The translations under genes and the position numbers were made by a program. DNA of 64,000 nt. It comes from Lama glama. Taxonomy: Eukaryota. A model generated the notes under the pieces. That model saw nothing but the letters and a program-made list of their open reading frames with translations. It was not told the origin of the DNA and did not search any database. Numbering within the stretch: the stretch's first letter is position 1; every line of letters starts with the position of its first letter. Below, in pieces: positions 36,910 to 48,913 of this stretch. The stretch spans positions 27,592,001-27,656,000 of the forward strand of contig CM052817.1 of assembly GCA_028534125.1 (NCBI GenBank). Reading direction: 5' to 3'.

Positions 36910-39212
36910 GAGAAAAGAAAAGCGTTTTGCGTCCCTAATGCCCGAAACAGAAACTCAGCTCAGCTTTCTTAGCAATACCAGGCCAACATGCATCTGTCGA
37001 ATTCAAGTTTAAGCTGCAGTAGCCTGCCCTACAGGACCTGCACCTTTGATGAGAACTATTTCTACCCATTCAAGGTCATGGTAGCCTGCCAGGAGATAAA
37101 ACTGCCATTAGCTGTGGTGTCATATTAAGAACAAACTCTTACATGGCTTGGCCCCATTAACCTAAAATTTCACTCTGTTTTCCTTAGCTGTTTCTCAAAG
37201 TTGCAAGCCAGTGCATTAGATCTTAAAGACTCTTCTTATTTAGATTACCCCATAAATTGTAGCCAGCTCTACCCCTCTTGCCTAGATACACAGTCATGGA
37301 AGAACAGAAGGGAACGTGTACCAAATCTCAGAGTAAAAAGGGGAGCTAAGCATGCCCAGCATTGTCTCCCCAATTTACCAGTTTAGCTACCTCACCAAAT
37401 TTAGTCAGCCTCCGGGGGTGCCATTGGGGATGAGGGGAGGGTTATGTGCAAGAAGCTGAAAGTATCGGGGGAAAATTCCTTTTTCATGGAAATCAGAGAA
37501 GTAAGGATGAGTGTACAAGTGCCCACCACCAGTAGCAAGTATTCCTTTTTCTTGGAACGCATTATTCTGTAGAAGCCCAAGACAGTCTTTCTCCTGGTTT
37601 TCTTCTTCATTAGTTCTGCCTCCTCCTCTGTCTCCTTTGCAGAAGACCCTGCTTTTTGATCTAACCTTTAAATATTGGAGATTCACTATAGGCCCTTTTA
37701 TATTTAAATCTATTAGCAAGTCTCACTGGAATTTTCTCCAAAATAGGCACCAAGTATGACTGCTTCTCACCATGTCCCTTATTGAAACTTTAGTCTAAAC
37801 CAGCACCATCTTTTACCCTTCTAATTGATCTCTCTTACCTTTACTTTTTCCTCCATGATTTATTTTCTACATCATAAACCGTATCTTTTAAGAACATAAA
37901 TTAGACTATGTCAAGCATCTGTTTAAAATCATCCAGTGGCTTTTTTTTTTTGCCATTAGACTAAGATTCACACTCCTTACCACAGTCTACAAAGTCCATT
38001 TGGGATACGGTCCCTGTCTCTTCCTCTGGCCTCAGCTCCTACCATTTTCCCTACTGTCTGTACATTTGCCACATCAGCTTTACTTTTGTCCTTTCTACAC
38101 ACCAAACTTGTTTCTATCCCTGAATCTTTGAATGTGCTGCATACTGCGCCTGAAACATTCTTCTTCCAGATTTTTTCATGGTTGCCTCCTTCTCATCACT
38201 GAGCTTCTTTTGCTAACTATTCTAGTTAAAATAACCCTGTCCACCACACACCTTCCCACATACAATATTCTCTCGTTTCTCTATTTTAGTTTCTTTATTA
38301 TATTTATAACTACCTGATATTACAGATTTGTTCTATCTTCCTACATTAGGCAGTGAGATCTATGAAGGCAGGGACTCTGTTTTGTTTACTGTCATGCCCC
38401 AGCATCTAGAACTGTGCCAGGCATATAGTAGTTGCACAGTAAATACTTCTTGACTAAATAACATAAGGCAGAATATATGAGATGCTTTAAATAGAAAAGT
38501 AAAGTGCAACAATAAATCTGTAGCAGAGTGAGTATTTATTCTCTGTGGGGGACCAAGGAAGGCTTTACATAGAAAAGTGACTTTGGCCAGATACGGAAGA
38601 AGATGAATAAAACTTAGACAGGTTGCAATAGAAGATGATAGCATTCCAGGGAGAGGAAAGAGCAGAAGAAATACAGACAGTATAAATTCAAGAAATAGCA
38701 AAAGAACATTTAACTCAAGAAAAATATTTTCTGAATATGTTTCTCTACTTGTTTGATTTCCTATTGTTTTGGTCTGTTTTGTTATCACTTGAGGTCTTTG
38801 GTCTATAGAGAGCAGTCATGAGTTACAAACTTGTTGGTTTTGGCTGTTCCTTGTTTAAAAGTTAAAATGCTGCTCAAGAAATGGGAAGATTTTGAGTATA
38901 TTGATTTCATTTCAGTACATTTTTATCACTTTATTTCTGGTTTTTATGTACCCAGCTCATTTTTTTAATGGAAGTAAACAGGAAATTAATTACAAGGAAA
39001 TAAATAATTAGGGTTCTGGAAAAGGACACAGATGAACTTTTAATTTCCATCTTTCTACATTTTAAAGAGGAAACTCTAGAGGAAAAATAAGGAAACCTAG
39101 TTGTTTAGAGGCATTGATAAAGGAGATATTTTCTGGTGTGTCAGAGTCACTTATAAGCATCATAATGTTTCTCTGGGAAATGTTGAAGAATTTTTGTGTT
39201 TGTTTTTTATAG

Positions 39213-39280
39213 CCACGTTCTAGAACGACATCAGTTTTTTTTAAGGGGCCTGGAAAAGTAGTGATGGTTGCCATTTGCAT
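39213..39280 (+). CDS. SLC30A9: SLC30A9 coding exon 8
   Basis: ttatag|CC...GCAT|gtaagt; PRSRTTSVFFKGPGKVVMVAIC; 68 nt. Confidence 0.97.
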
Positions 39281-39763
39281 GTAAGTACTGAAAAATAAAC
39301 CTTTTAAAATAGAAATACATTACTTTTAATGTGTGTATCCCTGAATGTATAAATTTATTACTTGGTATCTAGTTAAAAAATTGGAAGTTTTTATTGTTTT
39401 AGGAAGAAGTTGAATAAATCTTTGTTAGTATAAGTATTGAGTATTATAAAAGTTGAATAAGTATTATTAGTAAAGTGATGAGGGAAGAGTCCACATAGAT
39501 AATCATGCTCGGGCCATGGGTCCCACATTTTTATGTTGTTAAGATCTAAGAATAATTGCTATCTGAAAAACTATCTTTCATTTCTATTAGTGTTTATAGA
39601 AGTCTTTCTTAAAAAATTGAATTGGCCAAGGTTATTTTTTAGAGTGACTAAACCAACTTGCATTATAACAACTGAAGAGTATTTGCACTCTTATTTTTCT
39701 CTCACTTACCTTGGTAGAACATAATTGATGCCTTTGCCTCTTTCTTTTTCCTTCTGTCTTCTT

Positions 39764-40063
39764 TTTTTAAAATTGAAGTACGGTTGGTTTACAATGTTGT
39801 GTTAACTTCTGGTGTACAGCATAGTAATTCATTTATATATTTATATATGTATTTCTTTTCATATTCTTTTTCATTATAGGCTATTACAAGATATTGAATG
39901 TAATGCTCTGTGCTGTACAGTAGGACCTTGTATATCTGTTTTATATATAGCAGTTAGCATCTGCAAATCCCAAACTCCCAATTTTTCTCTCCCTTCCCTC
40001 TCTCCCCCTCCCCATAACCATGTTTATTTTCTATGTCTGTCCTTCCTCTGTCATCTTCTTTTT

Positions 40064-40106
<43 letters not shown>

Positions 40107-40329
40107 TAATTGAAGTATAGTCAGTTTACAATGTTGTGTCAATCTGTGGTGTACAGCAAAATACTTGAGTCATATGTGAACATACATATTTGTTTTCATA
40201 CTCTTCTTCACCATAAGTTACTACAAGGTATCAAATATAGTTCCCTGTGCTATAGAGCATGAACTTGTTTTGGGGGGTTGGGTTTTTTTCTACATATATA
40301 TATATATTTTTTTTTTATTGAAGTATTCG
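39764..40329 (-). mobile_element. Three tandem LINE-1 3'-terminal fragments with (TA)n spacers
   Basis: tttt(a)attgaagta recurs at about 39765, 40103 and 40310. Confidence 0.8.
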
Positions 40330-40514
40330 TCTGTCTTCTTAATTCCTGTTGTTTTGCTTACCTTTTATCTATTTTACTGAGTAATCTGTTTTAGGATGTT
40401 TAAGAGCATTAATTCCCTAATACATTAGTTTGTTCTTTTATTTCTAAAATATATATATTACATGTGTCAGGAATTTTGATAGAGTCTGGAAATACAAAGG
40501 TATAATACATAATT

Positions 40515-41230
40515 CTTTTTTCAACTTTATGTATTTATTTTACAATATTTTTAAAATTTATTTTACAGTATATTTTAAAATCATATTTTTAAACAATATT
40601 GTATGTTACAGGTATACAGTACAGTGAGTCACAATTTTTAAAGGTTATACTCCATTTATAGTTATTATAAAACATTGGATATTCCCCATGCTGTACAATC
40701 CATCCTTGTAGCTTATTTTATACCTGGTAGTTTGTACCTCTTAATCCTCCACCTCCATCTTGCCCCTCCATCTTCCCTCTCCCCACTGGTAACCACTAGT
40801 TCCTTCTCTACATCTGTGAGTCTGTTTCTGTTCTGTTATATCCACTAATTGTCGTATTGTTTTAGATTCCACATGTAAGTGATATCTTACAGTATTTGTC
40901 TTTCTCTGTCTGACTTATTTCACTTAGCATAATGCCCTCTAAGTCCATCCACGCTGTATACCAGAAACTAATACAACATTTTAAATCAACTGTACTTCAG
41001 TTAAAAAGCAAATAAACCACCCACTTAAAATATGGGCAGAAGAACTGAACAGACATTTTTCCACAAGAGGAAATGCAGATGGCCAACAGGAAAATGAAAA
41101 GCTGCTTAACATCACCAAAATCAAGGCAATGCAAATCAAAATCACAATGAGACACCATCTCACACCTGTCAGAATGGCCATCATCAAAAAGAACACAAAT
41201 AACAAATGTTGGCAAGGATATGGAGAAAAG
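40515..41230. mobile_element. LINE-1 with inverted 5' segment
   Basis: Minus-strand 3'UTR (40515-40952), then plus-strand L1 sequence to 41230; flanks tataatacataatt / tacaatacatactt. Confidence 0.75.
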
Positions 41231-42792
41231 ATACAATACATACTTTTATCTTCAAGGATTGGAGGGGCACTAGACTAGAAGAAATCATTTATAGTAATAC
41301 AGAAAAGATAGTGGTAGTTGGGGTGGAGAGACATGGTTAGGTTAAAAAAATATTTGGGAGGTATGGACATTGAATGCCCAAGTTACTGGTTTGGACAATT
41401 GGATAGATATTGCACCATCACTGAGAGAAGGAAACTGGAAGGAGAGGGCAGGGTGGGAGCAAAGGAAATAATGAGTTCCTTTTTGAGTGTGAGTTATTTA
41501 TAGGGCACCCAGGTGGAGCTGGTCAACAGGATTAATTCTTTTTGTCAATAAAGCAGAATTAGCAATTAAAGCTTTCTTTATTGGAGGAATTTATGTGTTC
41601 TGTATATACTGCTTAGCATAGTAGCACCTGAAACATAATATGTACTTAATAATTATTGTTAATACATTTTGGTCTGAAGCTCAGGAGGGGGATCTGGATT
41701 AGAGACATAGAGTTGAGAGTTATTAGTATATAGATGATAATTTTAAAGCCCTAGGAGTAAAGATCACCTTGAGAATGTGTGTATAGTGTATGAGGAAGAA
41801 AAAGCTCTTGGGGAAAAACCCTGAAGAATACTAATGTTTAACAAATGGATGGAGGAAAAAGAACCTGCAGAAGAGTAAAGAGAAAGGTCAGAAGAAAATC
41901 AAGAGTATCATGGAAACCAAGGAAGACAGTGTTTAAAGAAAATAGTGGCAAATGCTTCTATAAGATTAAGGAAAATACTTAAATGTTTTCATAAATTTAA
42001 TAGCAAGAAACAGTTGGCGGTATTGATAAGAACAGTCTAATCACATGTTGGAGGCAGAAGCCACTGTTTAGTGATTGAAAACTGAGTGCAAAGTAAGGAA
42101 AACTGAGACAGCAAGAGCGATACAATTTTTTTCAAGAACTTACCTGAAGTGGAGGAGAGGGGAAAAGGGTAGCTGGGAGGGGATGTACAGTTTCCTCATT
42201 TATAAATTGAGGATGTTAATATTTGCTAATATTTATATAATAGAGTAATAATAAAACATGGTAAGTGACTATAGTATAGTGCCCGAGATAAATGTACCAG
42301 TTTTTACTGTTGGAATCTGAGCACAGCTGGCTTCCTTGGAGCTAACCATGTTTATTTTAGCATGTATGGTCCCCTAGTATGACACAGACTACTTGGTCTA
42401 GATTTGTCTTCACCTCTGGCATCTGCCTACTTAATAAACTGACCTTCACTAACATCTTGCCTCTGACACTGATCTACTGAACAATATCAAGTGTCGATCC
42501 TCTTTACCTATCTATCTAAAGCACATAATTTCCTTTCTAATTTCAGTTTGCCAAATGTAGAACACCTTTTCTCATCAGTTCTCAAAATGTGCTTAGGTAA
42601 TTTGCTTGCACATATCATGCCTCTCCATTTGAGTATTTAATGATACACTGTGTTCTTCATATGTGTCCTCTTAACTGCCTAAAACATAGTAAGTCTTGGA
42701 GGCTACTTTGAATAGAATCTAGTATATAAATAAGCTTTTGTTGAAAATTTTTATATAAACTTGTGCTAAATTATTTTCTCTTTCTCTTCTAG

Positions 42793-42895
42793 CAATGGAT
42801 TAAACTGCTTCTTCAAATTTCTTGCCTGGATTTATACAGGTTCAGCAAGTATGTTCTCAGAAGCTATACACTCTTTATCTGATACTTGTAATCAG
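42793..42895 (+). CDS. SLC30A9: SLC30A9 coding exon 9 (TM1-TM2, HxxxD motif)
   Basis: ttctag|CA...TCAG|gtaagg; (I)NGLNCFFKFLAWIYTGSASMFSEAIHSLSDTCNQ, containing the CDF signature EAIHSLSD; 103 nt. Confidence 0.97.
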
Positions 42896-44935
42896 GTAAG
42901 GGGTAAGAGCTTCTTTCTTACTAAATTTTACTTACTTTCTTACTAATTTAAAGCAATAAAAGCATGTGGTAAATAGCTACATACTGATCTGGAATAATAA
43001 CCATTATTTGAGTGAAAAATCAAGTTGCAAAATATTATCTGTAGAACTTATGCTTCCAGGCCATGATGTACTAATGGGAACTGGACTTGGTCCTTTGCTG
43101 TAAAAAGCTGAAAAACTACAAAAAATATATTAAACAGTGTTTTCAAACATTGGATGATAGCAGTGCAAGACCATGATCCTTGAAGAAGGGTAACAGATGA
43201 GGTGATCTCTATGATCTCTCTTATTTTTTTGCTTGGAGGCACATTTGGGATAGTGGAGCAGCATGGGAGACCCATCATTGAGTTGAGAAAACAGAAATTA
43301 GTTTGAGTCCAAAGTGTCTAGAAGTTACAAGGCAGAGTTCCACAGAGGAGGGAGCTCTGCAGACAAAAAGCTGCAGAAGTCTTCACAGGATTTTCCTTGA
43401 GTTGAATCTTTGCTGAACATTAACTTACACACATGTAGGGTAAAGTTCCATGAGACTGGGCAAAGAATCAGCAGACAGCATTAAGCTGAGTAATTCCTAG
43501 AGTTCACACAGGGCTTGGATTATTCAATTTCTGACTAAGATGGAGTCCCGATTGATTTACCCAGGCCAGTAGAAGGCTCAGATCCTAGTAATAGGGCTAA
43601 ATTATCCTTGTTGTAAAGACTATTCTAGAACCTCCCTAACAAAGCTCTAAAGGATCACACTGATTTATAAGTAACTTAATTACCTGCCAGAACAAAGTCC
43701 CACACTTGTCAGTTTCTTGTAAACATGTGCCTACTATTTGACTTAGTAATTCCACTGCTAAATATTTACCCAAGAGAAATGGGAACAAATGTCTACAAAG
43801 ACTTGTATAAGAATGTTTGTAGCACCATAAAAGCTCTATAATGGACAAAAACTAGAATCAGTCCAGATGGCTATCAACATAGGGATAAACAAATTATGGT
43901 ACTCTCATACAGTGGAATATTATCTAGCAATAAAAAGAAAGGAAATACTTACCTAATTAGCAGCATTTATACATTTCCAACAGTATGTTGAATAAAAGAA
44001 GGCAGATACAAAAGAGTAGTTATTGTATGATTCTATTTATATGAAGTTCCAAAATAGAACTTTGACTTTAATCCTTGGAGGAGAATAGGATTGGTGATAG
44101 TCTGTGATGTCTTACTTTTATAAGAAGAACAAATAAATATGCCTCGTGTTCAGTTTATAAAACACTTGATACCTCACACTTCATTGCACAGCCAATCTGA
44201 ATATTAAGAGTTTTAAAAATAATTAAACACTCATTGACTATGGTGTAAACATTATAAACACACACACATTGTGTGAATTGATAATGAATTTTGATTTTAA
44301 TATACAGATTTAAAAATTATATGGTCTTAATTTACTCTCATTCTCTTCGTTTAATTTACTGAAAAGCCATCACCTGTGTTTTAGGTAGACTTGACCCTCT
44401 TTTCCTTGGGAATCCAGTAGAAAAATCTTGTAGTATTTTACTTTTTTAGGGTAGGATTTCTGATATCAAAAGTTGAAAATCCAGTAGTATTTGTTTTAGC
44501 CATTTTCAAGGTGGTGTAATCTTGAGAGAGAGAATGTTTCTAGTAAAGGTCTGGTAACCCACAGAGAAATCTCATCCATGAAGAACTGGGTTATCTTGAA
44601 GCTTTTTACCTATTTCATTGTTTGATAACATGTTGAAAAAATAGAAAAGCCCCAGCCTAGTCGAATAAAATCACATAGGGTATTCACTCAGAGGCTTTGT
44701 ATTTTTATTAAATAATTCTAATAAGGTAATCTTTTTCAGATTTCCAAATTTATATCAAATTAATAGAAAAGATACTATGTGCAAAGATACTAATACTGCA
44801 ACATTCCAGTGGATAACTCTTCAAAGATACAGTCAAAAACCCAAATAAATAGAAATGAAAGGAAGAAAAGGTGAAGGCAAAGGAGGAAGGAAGGAGAGAA
44901 AGGTGGTAACCAGGATTAAAGACTTACATTTTTTT

Positions 44936-45052
44936 GTGGTGGAGATAAAGCTCAATGTTAGAGCACATGCTTAGCATGCACAGGTCCTGGGTTCAATCCC
45001 AAGTACCTGCACAAAAAGAAGAAAAAAAAAGAAAAGAAAAAAACAGCCAAAA
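44936..45052 (+). mobile_element. tRNA-Ala-derived SINE
   Basis: agctcaatgttagagcacatgcttagcatgcacaggtcctgggttcaatccc, then an A-rich tail. Confidence 0.85.
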
Positions 45053-45069
45053 AAAGACTTGGATATTTT

Positions 45070-45711
45070 AGCATTAATATATGACCCAGCAATCCTACTC
45101 CATATATCTGGAGAAAAGTCTAATTCAAAAAGTTACATGTACCCCAGTGTTCATTAGCAGCACTATTTACAATAGCCAAGATATGGAAGCAACTTAAAAG
45201 TCCATCGACAGATGACTGGATAAAGAAGATACTGTATATTTATACAATGAAATATTACTCAACCATAAAAATGAATGAGGTAATGCCATTTAGAGCAACA
45301 TGGATGGACCTGGAGATTGTCATACTTACTGAAGTAAGTCAGACAGAGAAGGACAAATATCATATGATATCACTGATATGTGGAATATAACAAAATGACA
45401 CAAGTGAACTTATTTACAAAACAGAAAAAGACTCAAAGATGTAGAAAACAAACTTATAGTTACCAAAAGGGAAAGGCGGGAGAGGGATAAATTAGGAGTT
45501 TGACATTAGCAGATACAAACTACTATATATAAAATAGATAAACAACAGAAGTCCTGCTGTATAGCACAGGGAGCTACACTTACTAGCTCCTAATAACCTA
45601 TAGTGAAAAAGAATATGAAAGAGAATATATATGTATGTATCACTGAATCACTTTACTGTACACCAGAAACTAACACAACATTGTAAGTCAGCTATACTTC
45701 AATAAAAGAAA
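45070..45711 (+). mobile_element. 5'-truncated LINE-1
   Basis: atatgacccagcaatcctactcc...ctatacttcaataaaag; TSD aaagacttgga. Confidence 0.9.
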
Positions 45712-46524
45712 AAAGACTTGGATTTTTGTCTTATTTACTTCAGACTTTTTTTTTCCTGAGGAAATAAAATTTTAGTTATAACTAGTCTTCCACCTTTATT
45801 CCCTCCTTCCACATCCCAGGCAATCACTGCTACGTATACACTGATGTGTATACTTCACGTGCCTGGTTTTGCAGTTTTACTAGAGGTGTAAATGTATCGT
45901 GTCCATACACAATATGTGCTCTTTAAAGCTTTTACTATCTTTTATTTGTACAGCTATACAAGTTATTTTTCCTGCAAAAATCAAATATTACAGACCACCC
46001 TAATCCTACTTCTCTCCTCAGAGGTGTAGACATAGTTAAATATGAGTTCTTTGAGACCTTTTCCTCTGCTTTACATTATATGTTGTATACAAAAGCTACA
46101 AGACAGAAGTTCTTCTGTACTTACAGTACGTACTGTTTCTAAACTTGTTTTTTCCCATCCATTCAATGGTATGTCCAGGAGCTTTCACCATGTCAGTGCA
46201 GAGCGCTCTGTCCAAACTCCATTCTTTTACACTGTTGTAGAGGTAACTTATGGTTTGGTTATGCCACCATTTTATTTTGCTTCTCCCCACTGAAGGAGTT
46301 TTAGGTTGCCTTCACATTTTTCATCTTTATAAGCAATGTTGTTTTCAATCCCTTTGGGTTCATCTTTATTTCCCTAGTAAGACTGGAAACTAGAATTGTT
46401 GGGTTATTGAATGCTGTCCATGTTACGTGTTTCTTAGTCATTGTCAGGTTGTGCCCTCTGGATTAGCTTTATCTCATTTTACTCTCCATTTTGCTAATGA
46501 TTATTTACCTTTTTTTCTCCTTAG

Positions 46525-46580
46525 GGCTTACTGGCATTGGGCATCAGTAAGTCTGTTCAAACACCAGATCCTACTCATCC
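46525..46580 (+). CDS. SLC30A9: SLC30A9 coding exon 10
   Basis: ccttag|GG...ATCC|gtaagg; GLLALGISKSVQTPDPTH(P); 56 nt. Confidence 0.96.
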
Positions 46581-47517
46581 GTAAGGACATTGTCTTTATT
46601 TTGTTTTTGTTTGTTTTGGCAGCAAGTCATTGAAATAATAGCAGCTGAATTTTAGGAATCTCTTGCAGTTTATATACCTGCAGTTTTGTGATTTAGTCAT
46701 TTCTTCCACTATATAGTATCTGTAATGCAGGACTCACTGCTGTGTCAAAGTAAATTCAAGATATAATTTGAAAATGGAGTTCAAATTACTTTTATGCTTT
46801 GTAAAATACATGTAGCATAGAGATCTTATCCTGTTCATATTCGATAGTAACAACGCACATATTTTGATCTTAGAATTCTGTTTTATTTGGTCAAAGGAAA
46901 TATGTATGCCACATTTAGACCAGTAGGCCACTCAGTCTAAAATTTTAGTGATGATTTTTGTTAAATCTATGCTTAATGTATTTTAATCCCCATGTGATTT
47001 GGAAATAGTATTCTGTTAATTTTTCAAAGTTACTTATTTGTAAAATGAGTATGTGTTTTAGAATATATTGTTTTGAGTCATATTATTTGATACAAAGATT
47101 TTTTTCAATTGCTTCTACTACCATGTAAAATTTTTGTAATTCTAGGTGCATTTTTTTAACAAGTCTCAGTAATACAAATTTGAGCAATTAAATTTTTCTT
47201 AAGCCAAAAAATACACTTTTATTTCTGTGAAGGAGTCTCCCTCTATGCTTTATATAAATGCCTTTCTCTACTTGAAAGCCAGACACTCCTGTATTTTAAT
47301 AAATAATAGCGTATTTTGAATATCCTTTAGCTGCAGCTATCAATAAGCTTATATAGAGGATAACTAGCTTTTTCATCAGCTAAGTTATACATCATTACAA
47401 TATTTTAATACGTCAAGAAAAACATTTTTTTCTGACTAGTTTTAAATACCAAATATTTAAAAACAGTAAAATTTTAAAATTTTCAGTTGTAAAATTTTCT
47501 TCTTAAGGTACTACTTT

Positions 47518-47725
47518 AGTGCTTCCCAATAGAATTTTTTACAATAATAGAAATAATAGAAATTTTATATCTGTCCAATATGATAGTCACTAGCTACATG
47601 TGGCAATTGAGCACTTGAAATGTGGCTAGTGCATTTGAAGAACTGTATTAAAATTTTATTTAATTTTAATTAATATAAGTTTAAATAGTCTTATGTAGCT
47701 AGTGACTTATATTGGACACTGTAGA
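47518..47725. mobile_element. MER3-like hAT element
   Basis: tgtccaatatgatagtcactagctacatgtggcaattgagcacttgaaatgtggctagt...tattggaca, with internal inverted symmetry. Confidence 0.75.
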
Positions 47726-48777
47726 TCTACATAATTGAAAATTTCAGTAAGAACCTACAACTTGAAAACACATAAAATGAAAGTAATGCCACTTAATTTA
47801 GATCTTAATTTACTTTAACATATATATATGTATACACACATATCCTGTGTTACTTTGGGAGAAGACTTTAGAAGAAAGTAAATTTTTCTAAATCAAGCTG
47901 GTAGAACATTGTCACATCTATAAACTGAGAATTTCCTATGACTAGATTATATTATTTGCAAAAGGAATTCAGAAAATAATTTTAATTAAGGACTCTTGTC
48001 TAAATTTGCATCTGCTGGAAAGGTGCCATAGAGTTTGGGAGTAAATTTCCCAGAAAATATTTTTGTTAATGAGTGATTCTTTTTCTCTTATAGTATGTCG
48101 TATTTCTACATTTCTTAATGCTCAGTATTTTATTTGTACATATAGTAATACAAAATAATGCATACATTGACCAGAGATTCTTTAAAAAATAATTGCCTTA
48201 ACAAAAAAGGTGCTATAAAAACACCCAGAAAACTGAAGCTTTTAGTCTTAATAATAGTAGTTAGTTGCTGTGTGCTAAACTATACAAAACCAGAAACAAG
48301 TATCTAGCATCAAATTATAGGTAATATAAATGATTGACTGGCTGTAAAATAAGACCAAAATATTTAATCAGAAGCTGCATTTCAAAGAAATTTAAATGTT
48401 ACCCTCTTCATTAAACATCTGGATGCATTTAAAAAATAAGTTTTACCAGCTTTTGTGGTACATAAGAGTAAAGTCACTCTAGTAATTCAAAGCAAATTAT
48501 ACTGAAGAGGGCTTAAAAAAATACCTGAATTAGATCATATTCACTCTTTTTATATATTTTCATAGATCTTGCAGTTCTTCCACATTATCTATTGATTTTC
48601 TGATTAGATTTGAGTTTGGCACTTACATTTTACTTAAATGTAAAGGCATAACATCTTAATGTTGTAGGGAGTTTTTTTTTTTTTTTTTTACTTTTTCATT
48701 GACCTGTTAAACAGATACTTTGAAAGGAAATTATCTGGTATTTCTTGTAAACTGTATTATCTTTTTTTATTTTTCAG

Positions 48778-48913
48778 GTATGGATTTTCAAATATGCGCT
48801 ATATTGTTTCACTGATTAGTGGTGTTGGTATTTTCATGATGGGTGCAGGATTATCTTGGTACCATGGAGTCATGGGATTGCTTAATCCTCAACCAATAGA
48901 ATCTCTTCTATGG
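48778..48913 (+). CDS. SLC30A9: SLC30A9 coding exon 11
   Basis: tttcag|GT...ATGG|gtaatc; YGFSNMRYIVSLISGVGIFMMGAGLSWYHGVMGLLNPQPIESLLW; 136 nt; completes the CDF HPYG motif. Confidence 0.97.

Noticed and set aside
37405..37719. 104-aa minus-strand ORF as a retrogene
   Set aside because: No recognisable protein similarity, non-ATG start, and no poly(A) or TSD found; the region is kept only as unassigned
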